From Harriotta raleighana (taxonomy: Eukaryota): a stretch of DNA of 64,000 nt. Positions 51,960-64,000 of this stretch are shown here, piece after piece. How positions within the stretch are numbered: position 1 is the stretch's first letter; each line of letters begins with the position of its first letter. The stretch lies in assembly GCA_050575255.1 (NCBI GenBank), contig JBNZDD010013698.1:3621280-3685279 (forward strand), given 5' to 3'. The position numbers and the translations under genes are program-made. Below the pieces are notes generated by a model. That model worked only from the letters and a program-made list of their open reading frames with translations, made no database searches and was not told the DNA's origin.

Positions 51960-53060
51960 TCCCCTTAGTTATTCCAACATATGGCACCAAGTATCATAAT
52001 GCACTTTAGCAGATATGAAATTTTGCCATTTGAGTCAGTCTTAGAAAGCAATGGAGGAAAAATAACTTTCTGTGGATAGCCTTCACACATTTTACAATGC
52101 TTTGGTTTTATATCGGGAGCTCAGAAGCCCACAATGCCTCGTGGGATTTTTGCAGTTCTGATCTCCAGATATTAGAGACCATCTTTAAGACAATCATTTC
52201 ATAATTTAACACTGCAGCATTTGGAAAATTCTTATAGTCCTTCTAAATGAAGAGGAGAACATCTGCATATCTGTGTTATCATTTTTCAAATAAATTCCTT
52301 GAACCATTTTACAAATAATCCTGCAGTCATCTGTTTTTCTGCTCCAATTCTAAGTCCCCCCAAAGGTTTACTTGGTCCAGATTTTTGAAGCAGCAAGTAT
52401 TCGTGTGCAGTATTCTCAAACAATGAAAGATCTTTCAATATCTCCTGCAGCGATTCATAAGAATGAGAATCATTAAGCACTGTCTGCTTTCCTTCCTGTG
52501 ATTACAAGGATGTTTTGTGAGTGAAGAACACGTCATTTCTGTCCATGTTAAAAGTAGCAAACGGTTCATATGCCAGGATCACTGGTTGTAATTTCTTCTT
52601 GCATTGATTCCATACATTCTCTCCTACAACTATTCTCTCACCTCTCACAATGGATGCTGTTCCCTCAACGCTCACAGTGGACACAGCCCTTTTTTGTTAT
52701 TTTGTAAAGGAATCCAATCAACATTTGGAAAGTTGCTACCTTCTGTGCAAATGCACCCTTCATCCCAAGGGATTCCGCTATTTTAATAATCTTAAATTTG
52801 ATATTATGCCTTTCACATGTGAAGGACATCTCAAAGTGCTTCATATACTATATAGCGACTGTATTTTGTAGGCAACCCAGCAGCCAACTTGTGCACAGCA
52901 ATGTTGTGCAGACAGACATGAAATGAATGACAAATATTATTTGGGTCTTACAATGAGTCTTTGCGAGCTGGAACCATTTACACACCAATTCTATGACATC
53001 CTCTCCCTTTATGTTGGAGCTTTTGTTCATAATTGTTTCCTATTTCTCGCCTCAAACATA
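51960..53060 (-). pseudogene. Decayed pogo/Tigger (CENP-B HTH + DDE_1) transposase, interrupted by a SINE at about 52785-52950
   Basis: Collinear remnants: EDVIELVCKWFQLAK (HTH), IAESLG..FQMLIGFLYK (cf. FKASxGWL), VSVEGTASIV (cf. GESASV), KKKLQPVILAYEPFATFNMD..VFF (cf. IFNxDETGLF), MTAGLFVKWFKEF (cf. WMTxxxFxxW), VIFPP..ISAKVHY (cf. FLPPN..QGII..KxxYR). Stops and frameshifts throughout. Confidence 0.75.
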
Positions 53061-55023
53061 GAATGAATGTAATCTCTCGGTAAGATTATCGGCATTTGAA
53101 GTTGCAGCCTCCTGCATTTGTATGTTTCATGAGGTTCCGTCCGCTCATATTTCTGCTGGTGAGCACAAGGACAGAGATGCCACTGCAATTGTTAACTCAT
53201 TCCTGATTTTCTGGCAATATATCTTTTTTAAAAACATGACAATAGTAATAAATACTGTATCCTATATTTTCTATACACTGTCAAACAGATCTCAATATGT
53301 GCTGAGTGTGTCAATAATTTTTACCAAAACAAATGAGTGAACAAAAAAATGGAAACATAAAGATATGGAGCTCTTTAAAGTATATTCCCATATCCCTCCA
53401 TTACCTTATCTGAAGGGGCAAGACAATATACATCATGACAGGCTGCTTCAACCTGTCCAGAATAGTAGAACCAGAAGACCTGAAGCTGTGGGGTTAATTT
53501 AGAACAAATCTACACAAAGAATATTTCAGTGTGTGAATAGTGAAGCTGTAGAACAGGCTGCCTAGGGAGACAGTTGAAGCAAGATATTTTCAAATACAGT
53601 TTAAAAGTTTTCTTTTAGGAAATAACATCACGGGACATAGTACAGTAGATAGGTAGTTTGAGGCATATGTGCATGAGAGGGTGGAAGGTAAACTAAATGG
53701 ACTTTGGTATTTTTTCGTCTAGTATTTCTTATGTTCTTATGTTCTTCTCTCATGTATGCAAATAGAGTACGTACATTAAGAATAGGATTTCTCCATTATT
53801 GCTGCTCTAAGATGTTCCATAAATGGAGTAAATCTAGACGAAGGTGGAAATTCTATCCATGAATGCCTTGCTACAAATTGAAACCAAACTCAACACAATC
53901 TTTAAAATAGAATTGGATCAATATATGAAGAAAAATTATCTTTAAGGGCATAAGAAAAGAGCAGAGGAAAATGATTAGATAGTTTCAGTGGGGGAGCTAG
54001 TGCCAAAGCAGACACAATGGGCTGAATGATCTCTTCTGTCCTGTAAACATTATAAGATTCTTCCATCTAATAGTTTCCCCCCTTAGGAGTCCTGAAATTA
54101 TGCAATTCGTCACATTTGTATTATAGTATTAAAATCAAACAAATCAAAATAATAAGGTCCAAAGCTACACAATGTATTGTATCAATAGTATTGATTTAAA
54201 GTTGTGTAGGAAAATGTTTCAATCTCTTTCAACCAACTCCATTTTGCAGTAAATAGACAGCTGCTACAGTGAATGTTCCTTTGCTGCAATGCTGAACCAT
54301 CAGCCTTCATCTCTCCAAGCTTAATAATGGTGTATCAGCAACAATTTATTCAAAGCTTCATCTGCACCTATAATTTGGCTGTTGACATCACTCAGACAGT
54401 CATTTATTTTAGGGAGGGAGCTTTCCCTCAGTGCCACAATGCGCATTTAACAAATCGATGAAAACCGTCAACAAGAAAGAAGAAGCAATAATTGCACGTT
54501 TACATACATCTTGTCGCAAGCAATCAGGCTGTGAAGTTAACATTCAGATGTGCCAATTCCCAAACTGCCCAACTCAGGAGAGATGAGCCAGCTGCATCCT
54601 GCAGTTCCTGTTCTTCTTAAAGTCACAGTCCTCACAACAGCCAAGGCAAGTAGAGCACCAGACAAATTCTGACTGCCCAAATAAAAAGAACAGCTGGCAA
54701 GGTTTGTGAAGATCATCTTTTTTTTTAAATCAAAAGGGCAACGAATGGAAAGTGGACTCCTTGCAATTTCACATTGAAAGCAAAATATTTATTGAATTAG
54801 CGCAGAACACTTGACTTAAAGGAGAAAGCTTCAAGTTAAGTAATTATCATAATAGTCTACACCTCAAGCAGAAGCCAGGAATGTCATTTTACTGTAGAAA
54901 TAGTTGGAGACCTGGTGAAGAAGTGACTATTATGCTCTTATTTATGTAAATTCAACGCTTCATAACAGTATGTTTCAATGAAATCTAAATAAAATCCCAA
55001 TTATTTTCTCTTATTTTCTATTT

Positions 55024-55707
55024 GTCCCATTTAATCTTCTCTTAATCTATTTGCATTACTTCACCGTTTGCTTTTGAAACTTTTTTTTTGCTCAGGATGA
55101 AATTCTCCTTCAAGAGCGAATGAGAAATGTTGTGCCCATGTGAAGGGAGCTGCTTTAGTCAATTGAGTAGTTTGGGAGCTTGGATTAGAACAATCAGCCA
55201 TTGCAGGACTTGAAATCTTCAACCAGTGATAGCATTTTGGGGTCAGCCTCAAGTATAATACCTACAGGGCTACATTCTGCAGCAACATCTCTGGTATACA
55301 AGTGTAATTTTGTTTTTGTTGTTGTTGTTCTTGTTGCAGTGCTCCGGCAGGCATTCTGCTCTTTTATAATTGGATTCCTTATTTCCTTAATGCATGCATG
55401 GAGCATGAGCAATTTTACAAATGTAAAATTGTTCAAATAACTCACTTTGACCTAATGTAGTTGCACTCAATGTAAAATTGATCAGTAACTTGCTTCAATC
55501 CTCCTTCACCGCCTCTCCTCACACCTCAACCTTCGAGGTTCAATCCAAGCACCCAAACTACTCAACTGATGAAAGCAGCTCCCTTCCACATGGAAACAAA
55601 ATTTCTAATTTGCTCTTGAAGGAGAATTTCATCCCGAGCAAAAAAAAATGTTACAAAAGCAAATGGTGAAGTAATGCAAATAGAGTAAGAGAAGATTAAA
55701 TAGGACA
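55024..55707. repeat. Inverted repeat A/A' (55024-55186 vs 55542-55707), about 165 bp
   Basis: For example ATTTAATCTTCTCTTAATCTATTTGCATTACTTCACCGTTTGCTTTTG vs the reverse complement of CAAAAGCAAATGGTGAAGTAATGCAAATAGAGTAAGAGAAGATTAAAT. Confidence 0.9.
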
Positions 55708-56274
55708 CAATGTAAAATGCAATTTTACCAAGCATGAGCCAATGAATAGTAAAACTGCCAAGAGAATCCAACTAGAGGCTTCAGCCACTCTGCCTTTACC
55801 CTCTGGAACTACATCCCACAGTCCCACCGTCTCGCCTACTCCTTTGCCTCCTTCAAGACCGGTGTAAGACTCTCCTCTTCGACCATGCCTACGATCACCA
55901 TCCTAACCTTACCCTCCCCATCCTCCAGATCCCAACCACTAGCTCAGGTGTGGGTCCCTGACTGTCCAGCGCATTGTGGAAATGCCTGTGGATGATGTCA
56001 CCAAGGGGGAGCATGTAGGGAATAAAGAGAAGGGAACCAAGGACAGAACCCTGAGGAACGCTGCACAAGACGTTGCAGGGATTGGAGGAGAAGCTGTTGG
56101 TAGGCACAAAGTGGAGGCATGTGAAAGATAGGACCTGAACCAGTTAAGCACAGAACCTTGAAGGTTGAGGTGTGAGGAGAGGCGGTGAAGGAGGATTGAG
56201 GCAAGTTACTGATCAATTTTATATTGAGTGCAACTACATTATGTCAAGATGAGTTATCCGAACAATTTTACATT
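55420..56274. repeat. Inverted repeat B/B' (55420-55541 vs 56153-56274), about 122 bp
   Basis: TGTAGTTGCACTCAATGTAAAATTGATCAGTAACTTGCTTCAATCCTCCTTCACCGCCTCTCCTCACACCTCAACC recurs inverted. The ORF track shows MISNL(L/P)QSSFTASPHTSTF on both strands. Confidence 0.9.
55975..56200 (-). mobile_element. L2 RT fragment, tail-to-tail with a plus-strand L2 3' UTR piece at about 55770-55975
   Basis: LNWFRSYLS and VPQGSVLGSLLFIPYMLPLGDII motifs. Confidence 0.82.
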
Positions 56275-57239
56275 GAGCACAATTATATGAATTTCTAGAA
56301 TGCATCTAGCAAATGCTGTGGAAAACTAAGGCTGGAGTCAATCATGATTGACTTCTTGGGGTATTAAGAAGTGGCCTTTGAAACAATCCAGGCAAGTCCA
56401 AAGCTCCAGTAGCTACCAAGCTGTGATACCCATGCTGTAGCCATGAATGAAGAAAAATTCAATAAAATTTAATGATTTATTTGACCGACCATAAAGGTTA
56501 GCGACGACTACACGAGAAATACTGGTACTGTATATTTCTAACATCAAACTGATGCACTAAGCAATATTAGACTGACATCAAATTTGATTTCTTTTCAAAG
56601 GAATAGAGTTCATGTCATAGGAAACCCAAAATAGAAAATTGCTTAAAAATACAAGAGTAACAAAAAGAGGGTGGACATTTACTTGGGGAGGACGGGTTTG
56701 TGAGGTTATGGGGAGAGAGCTGGGAAGTGGGATTAAATTGCTCTTTTTAAAGAGCCAGCACAGACTCGATGGGCCGAATGGCCTCCTTTTGTGCCGTATG
56801 ATTGTATGATTCTATGATTCTAAGATGACACCCACTGTATTGATCATTCATTCTCTTTCAAATGGTGATACAATACCTGGAATCATTTTGGTATTTCTAC
56901 TCTGCACCTTTTAGGAGCACACAGTATTCTTCATAATGTACTTTAGAATTTAATACAATGTAACACCTTTACAGAATTAAGTGGCTATTTCTTTTAGTTT
57001 TTTTCTTTGCGCTTTTGCACAGCAATAAAAATGGGTATTATATAGATAGACAGTTCCTAGCATCCCTTTCATTGGGTCTGAGGAACAGAAGTCAGATCTG
57101 CTTTGAGAAACCGTGAGGTTGAATTTACTGTATTTCTTAATGAAATTCCTAAATAAAGAACCTGATTTGCACAAATGGGCACTATTTGTAAAACCTGGAA
57201 GAAAGCCATGCCAAGCCACAGGATCCCCCACTCTAACTC

Positions 57240-58196
57240 GGGTGCTGACAGCATCAGCATCCAAAGCTGCAATCTCCACCTCGCAAAGCCAGTCAGGAAC
57301 CTCGGTGTTCTATTTGACCCTGAGCTGTCCTTTCTCCCCCACATCCGCGCCACAACTAACACTGCCTTCCACCACCTCCGGAACATTGCCAGGTTACGAC
57401 ANNNNNNNNNNNNNNNNNNNNNNNNNNNNNNNNNNNNNNNNNNNNNNNNNNNNNNNNNNNNNNNNNNNNNNNNNNNNNNNNNNNNNNNNNNNNNNNNNNN
57501 NNNNNNNNNNNNNNNNNNNNNNNNNNNNNNNNNNNNNNNNNNNNNNNNNNNNNNNNNNNNNNNNNNNNNNNNNNNNNNNNNNNNNNNNNNNNNNNNNNNN
57601 NNNNNNNNNNNNNNNNNNNNNNNNNNNNNNNNNNNNNNNNNNNNNNNNNNNNNNNNNNNNNNNNNNNNNNNNNNNNNNNNNNNNNNNNNNNNNNNNNNNN
57701 NNNNNNNNNNNNNNNNNNNNNNNNNNNNNNNNNNNNNNNNNNNNNNNNNNNNNNNNNNNNNNNNNNNNNNNNNNNNNNNNNNNNNNNNNNNNNNNNNNNN
57801 NNNNNNNNNNNNNNNNNNNNNNNNNNNNNNNNNNNNNNNNNNNNNNNNNNNNNNNNNNNNNNNNNNNNNNNNNNNNNNNNNNNNNNNNNNNNNNNNNNNN
57901 NNNNNNNNNNNNNNNNNNNNNNNNNNNNNNNNNNNNNNNNNNNNNNNNNNNNNNNNNNNNNNNNNNNNNNNNNNNNNNNNNNNNNNNNNNNNNNNNNNNN
58001 NNNNNNNNNNNNNNNNNNNNNNNNNNNNNNNNNNNNNNNNNNNNNNNNNNNNNNNNNNNNNNNNNNNNNNNNNNNNNNNNNNNNNNNNNNNNNNNNNNNN
58101 NNNNNNNNNNNNNNNNNNNNNNNNNNNNNNNNNNNNNNNNNNNNNNNNNNNNNNNNNNNNNNNNNNNNNTTGTTGTTGTTGTTGTTGTTGTTGTTG
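57240..58196 (+). mobile_element. L2 LINE spanning an assembly gap (N 57402-58169)
   Basis: VRNLGVLFDPELSFLPHIR..AFHHLRNIARLR before the gap and a (TTG)n tail straight after it. The gap size is similar to the missing L2 3' portion. Confidence 0.75.
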
Positions 58197-59346
58197 TAAT
58201 GTGACCTACATCCAGTCAACAGGAATTTCAATGGGATTCCTATTAAGAAATTCTTTATTAAGTAAACTTCTTGACAAATATACCACATATTGAGCGCCTT
58301 GGGACATCCTCCCAATGTGAAAGTCGCTCTATAAATGTAATTTTGGTGTTATTGTTATTGGACCTCTGAATTTAGGAAATTTCTGATATGTGCATACAAA
58401 CAGATGCACTTTTATCAAGCATCAATTCTGAACTAAGAGTTTGTTGAGAGTAAGTAGTGTGTCTGGGAAAAAGGTATCCGTGATCCAAGAGATGCATGAT
58501 AAGCAATTACGAATAGAACATGTTCATCTTACTATCAAAATTAAGCATGCTCAGATGACCTTCTTTATGGAGTGTTCCAACAATGTTAAGAAGGTCATAC
58601 CGATGGGGACTTCATTCAGCCCAACATAAACTCTAAATGACTGAGTGAGATGGACTTGGTGACTGTGAGCTTATCAATACCGTGCATGCTGCTTACTGTG
58701 TGTCAGGGCACAACCCTCCTTGACTAAGTTCTAGTCATTGACCCAGATACTATTCAGGGACCATAAGTAATTAATCCACTAGGTGACAATGACCACAGCT
58801 TCAGTTTCAATTGGTAAACAGCAAACGCATACAACGAAACTCCAATGTACAACTTCAGGTAGGGGAAACTTCAGGGATATGAGGACTTAGGTAGTGACAG
58901 ACAAGGAGTTGTGAAATCAGTTGCGGATGAAGGGAAATTATGCGGATGAAGGGAATAAATCAAATTATGTGGAACATTCAGGATAAGATCATATGCAAGT
59001 ATAGCAGTGGAATTGTTGTTTTAAAAAAAATGCCAAAATGAATAAAAGTGAAAATAAATAGGGAGATTAGGAAAACAAGGAAGATTTGTTAGGAGAAAGG
59101 AGAGGGTAACCAATGAGCTGAATACAAGTGATTAAAGAAAGAGTTTGAAAAATTCTGTATGGAAAGGTTTTAAAAAAAGGGAAGGCAAGAAACAAATGAA
59201 AACTGACATAGAACCAAATATAAAACATAAAGCCAAAAATATATTAACTGTTATAATAGTAAGAGGGTAGGAACATAGGATCAGGATTAGGCCATTCAAG
59301 CCTTTGAGCCTGTTCCACCATTCTAGAAGTTCATGGCTGATCTATA

Positions 59347-59665
59347 ATATAATAATAATCCTTGCATTTGATATAGTGCTTTTCACATCTTATCAACGTC
59401 CCAATACGTTCACAGAATATACTGTAAAGTGAATTGACTGTATATTTGTGGGCGGAATGCGGCAGTCATTTGCGCACAGCAGTGTCCCACAAACAGTCAT
59501 GGATTGAAATGACCAATTTTTTATTATTGTAATTTTTTTGAAGGGATTATTATTAGGCATGTGGAGTAAGGAAACTTGCCCAAGGCTTCGCCCTGACCTG
59601 CCTGGATTCGAACACAGGTCTCACGTAAGGCGAGTGCTCTACCCACTAAGCCACAGAAGCTCCAA
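59347..59665 (-). mobile_element. Full-length DeuSINE-type SINE with an 8-bp TSD (GATCTATA), inserted in a CR1 3' end (about 59265-59845, minus strand)
   Basis: GATCTATA at 59339-59346 and 59666-59673, with flanking CR1 tail sequence AGGCCATTCAAGCCTTTGAGCCTG. Confidence 0.88.
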
Positions 59666-59874
59666 GATCTATATATCAACTCAATTACCGTTCATTGCCC
59701 TACCCATAAACCATGATACCCTTACCTAACAAATATCTATCCACCTCAGTCTTGAAAATTTGAATGGATCCAGCATCCACAAGCTTTTGGGAGAGAGAGT
59801 TCCAGATGTGCACTATTGGTTGGGTGGAAAGCTGTCTCCTGATTTTATTCAAGAAAGATGTTCATACCCTAGGA

Positions 59875-60930
59875 ATTCAAATGGGGTTGAAAAGATGAAT
59901 GAAAAGGAGACATCAAACATATTAAATGAGTATTTCCTGAAGATTTTTATAAGTGAGGACATTAAACTTACAGCAAATTAGACTCCCCCAAAATCCAGCA
60001 AACATTGCTTGATTTCCTGGACTTTAACATAAGTGATGAGGCTGAGATTCTAGATAGTTTCAAGAGGCTCAAATGCAACAGATCCCTTGGGACAGATGAA
60101 GTGCATCCCAGGGACTAAAAGAGACAAGGCAGGATATTTGTGAAGTACTGATAGACATGAGGGAATCAAGGGCAAAACATGGACATGCATGTGAAATCAG
60201 TGGCTTGGGATTTGCTCCCAACGTGAAAGCCTCTATACAAATGTAATTTGTCGTAGTTATTGTTTTTGTTATTGAAAGAGGAAGCAGAAGGTTATATTGT
60301 TAGAGACTCTATGACCAAATGTTAGCGGAGCTGCTTATAAAATGTATGTCAAAAGCTACTTTTCAGTGATAGCTTCAGGGATCTGTACTGGGAGCTCTCC
60401 TGTTCCTAGATGTGCAGATCCTGTATAAGATAGTTACATTTGAAGATGACACTAAGTTGGAAAAAAAGTGTAGATTCAGAGGAGACTGCAAAAATCTTAC
60501 AAAGGGAGCTTGACATATGTACATGGGCAGATAGATGGCTGGAAAATGATGTTTAATATAGATGAACAAGATACTTCATCAAGGAAGTAAAAATAGGAAA
60601 AACAAGTGGATAGGATTGAACTCAGCAAGGGTGAAGCTGAACTAGATCTAGGGATGTTATTTGACTCACCATTCACCATGTCACATTCCAAGCAATCATA
60701 CTCAAACTGTACAGTGCTTTGGCCATGCTGCACTGAAGTGTTGCATACTCTCCTAGTCACATGAGGAAAGGGGCCTGCCCAGAAGAGAGTAACAGCAACA
60801 ACAACTTGGATTTATATAGTGCCCTCCACACCTGACGGCATCTCAGAGCGCTTCAGAGCAACAAAGCTAACCCCCAATATTAGAGGAATGAGTTATGAGC
60901 AATAATTTGACAAGCTAGGGATCTTAAGTC
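59875..60930 (+). mobile_element. Decayed CR1 ORF2 fragments with later L2-tail insertions
   Basis: ILNEYFLKIF, GTDEVHPR, QGSVLG and FEDDTKL (FADDTKL) remnants. Confidence 0.7.
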
Positions 60931-63900
60931 CTAGACTTAAGTCAATTCACTTTACAGTATATTCTGTGAAGCGCTTTGAGATGTCGATAAGATGTGAAAA
61001 GCGCTATATCAAATGCAAGGATTATTATTTATAAATCTTGAAAAGAGATAATAATAATCCTTACATATGGTATAGTTTGGAGGAACGTCTCAAGGTGCTT
61101 TACCAGGCTGTACTGATCAGTGGAGTGATTTTTGTAGGTGGTCTCGAAGGGAATCCTATAGAGGTACAGTGATGTCTTGTTATAATAACATGGCTGAGAT
61201 CCACAAATTTCTAATCCTATTTTATAACAAATTTATTTTGCAGGCAGAAAGCAAAAGGAGGAGGGCACACAGACTACTGTGCAGCTTTGTGAATCATCCC
61301 ATTCCATTAAACATTTTCTTCTCAACCACGCATTCCATACATGGACAAGGAAGGACACAACCAGTGACCTGCCTGAAACTCTACATAAAAAATACTATCG
61401 TGTGACCAGAACAATGCATTTTGGGGGGAATTCTTCAAAAAATGCAATTGTGAAAATAGCCGATTACTTCACCATCACCTCTGTGCTGAATGACTTTTGA
61501 ACTTATGTGTCAACATCTGTCACAACTGTCAAAGGTCGCCTTCACAGACAATTCACTAAATTCAGGAGAAATACCAGATAGAGAAACAAGCAATGGAAGT
61601 AACAGAATGGAACTTTAGGGGTTCTTGAAAGTAATCAGTAGCCCATCAGACTGATTTTATTATTTTTTCTTTCAGAATCTACATTTGCACACACAAGCAG
61701 TAACTCACAACCTGATCCAAGCTGCCCCCCAATTCGCCACTTCCCCCTCCCTCCTCCAACCACCAAAATGTACTGAAAGTACGTTCCAATGCTAACCACT
61801 TGCGATTTGATTTGTTAAGTAATTGCAATTTATTGAAGGTTTGTAAAACTGAAGATGTTGTTTCGGGAATAATCCAGGGCAGAGAAAGGCTTCAAAACAT
61901 CGCAGCAGCGTCTGCATTAGATCAAAGACTAGCATTCACATCAGGATGCTGCGGGTTTAAATTAACCAATGACGGAGGACAAAGTGGGGGAGGGTTGGAA
62001 GAGGGCTGCTGTTGTGCTATCATTAAGGAACGACTGCAGCAATGCTCCATGCATTGATTTTCCTAAGGTCAGACAAATGTCCTGTTACATTTCTTGCCAC
62101 CTCTCATATCTTTTTTGCAAAAGGCCAGTGCTAATCCTCCTAAAAAGGAAGGAAGTTTTCTTTCACAAATTTGAGCAAGGTGTGTGGTGGGGTGTGGGGG
62201 AGAGGATGAGGAATGAAATACATTTTTATTTTTTAATTGTCTGGTTTAAAATGTAGTTCTGAGGTTTGAAGAAATCAATGAGAAGAAGGGATGCAGGAGA
62301 TTAGAAGTTTCTTTTTGTAGAGAGAGGAATATCAGAGTGTAGGGGAGGTCTCAGAACGAAACCTTGAAGAGGTACGAAAGATTTTAAATGGATTGAGAAA
62401 AGAGCCACAGAAAATGTTTTCAGATATACTGAAACAGCACAAGAGGACATAGGCTCAGAACAACCAGGGCTAATATCAGGACAGATAACAAGAAGTATTT
62501 CTTCACCTAGAAAGTATCTCAAATTGGAACTGGTTATAAGGATATTACCAGTTCCAATTTTAGATACTGAGGCCAGGATGTTGGACTTCTTTTGAAAGAA
62601 TATAGCTTGATGCTGTGATGTAAGGATGGTCGAGGAAGTGATCTAGAAGGAAGAGATCAGATGGATCGATGGCTCTATACCAACCTTGTAAATATAAAAC
62701 ATCTAAGCATAAACAGCTGAAAGATAAGCACATTTTTTAAATGATTTGATAAATACTTGAGGAAATATAATATTAAATGGCACTTGGAAAGAGCAGGTGA
62801 ATGTGGTTAGAGCAGATAGCAGCAGTGAAGGAGTTGGGAATAGATGAGAAAGCCGTAGTGGAAGAGTTAGCATCAACACAGACACATTGGGCCGAATGTG
62901 CTGTAAATAAATTGATTCTAAAGCACTGGGGACCACAAAATTTATGAATTCTTATTCTGATTGGATACAGCACAAAACTGCCTCTGTATTTCTCACACAA
63001 TTAAAAAGACAGAATGTAAACTGTCCTGTTTTGCCAAATTCAGATTTATGTCCATATCCCCACATCTATTTGGCCCACATATATACAGTTAATTCACTTA
63101 CAATATATTTTGTGAAGCACTTTATGACGTCTAGAAGACGTGAAAATTACTATATCAAATGCAATATTTATTACAGCAGTTTGTGATACAGAATGAGCAA
63201 TTTCAGCCCAGTGTATAAAACCACTCAGAGTAGGCCAAACTACAGTAATACCATAAATTGTTTTCCAATCTGACCCCTATTATTTTTTTCCAACTAAAAT
63301 TGTGCAATTTTAGCAGTGATGAAATAGATAATAGACTTGCTGCCAAGTTCCCCCATTCTTTTTAAAATGTAATGGTTTCCACAAAACACAAAAGTAGCAT
63401 TGTACCCGGCAATATAATCTACACACTTTTTCTGCTATGCAACGGGAACCATAATTGTATACTATCCCTGTATCTGAGAAAAAACTTCAACACATTGAAA
63501 TATCTCAAAGTATGGAGCAACCTCTGGGTACAATATCAGAAGCTTTTATTTGCATCTATAAGTAGAGGATGAAAAAAGAATGACTTTACGTGGATTTATA
63601 TTTTATGTACAGCTCGGAAATAGGCCATTGAGCCAAATCAGTCTGTTTATCTTCCGCACTGAAGGATCCTTAAACAATGGGTACCTAGTAGTAATCTAAT
63701 CAAGGAGGTTTTGTTGATGTCATAAAAAAGTCTTAGCAAAGTCATCTGAGCCGATGATTGCATTACAGATTACGTTTCAGCGTGTGGTTTAGTCTCTTTT
63801 TTGGGGTCAGCTTTTCTGCTGACAGTGACTCTTATGGCACGTGCACTGCATGTCTGCAATGCAGCAGAATACAGGATATTTACATAAGAGGATGAACAAA

Positions 63901-64000
63901 TTAGTGCTGCTAAATGAAAAAAATGCTTGTTGCCATGATGCAAATGATCTGCCTCATTCTACCTTGGACACCTGGAGGTAAGAGGAAGGGGGTAAATGTA

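Noticed and set aside
57113-58315. Long ORFs of 319-372 aa
   Set aside because: Artefacts of translating through the N gap 57402-58169.

Overview
Eukaryotic (vertebrate) genomic DNA: AT-rich, CpG-depleted and dominated by repeats. The repeats (DeuSINE-type tRNA SINEs, L2 and CR1 LINEs, Tigger MITEs) suggest a cartilaginous fish such as a chimaera or shark; this is inference only. The only recognisable host gene is a minus-strand MSRA-like (peptide methionine sulfoxide reductase A) gene, seen as two exons (23023-22955, 69 bp; 15889-15770, 120 bp) that match vertebrate MSRA exons 2 and 3 in size, phase and splice sites. Its active site is remodelled: GCFWG becomes GCFRG and NPTYxEVC becomes NPTTEELA. 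I found neither the canonical first exon nor exon 4 in the window. Other notable structures are a candidate in-frame 27-nt microexon, two interleaved inverted repeats at 55-56 kb, a SINE that carries the flank of another SINE 5 kb away, two TA-flanked MITEs with internal minisatellites, a decayed pogo/Tigger transposase, an old ~140-bp palindrome and several candidate conserved non-coding elements. Almost all supplied ORFs are spurious or retroelement-derived. Repeat boundaries are approximate and read by eye.
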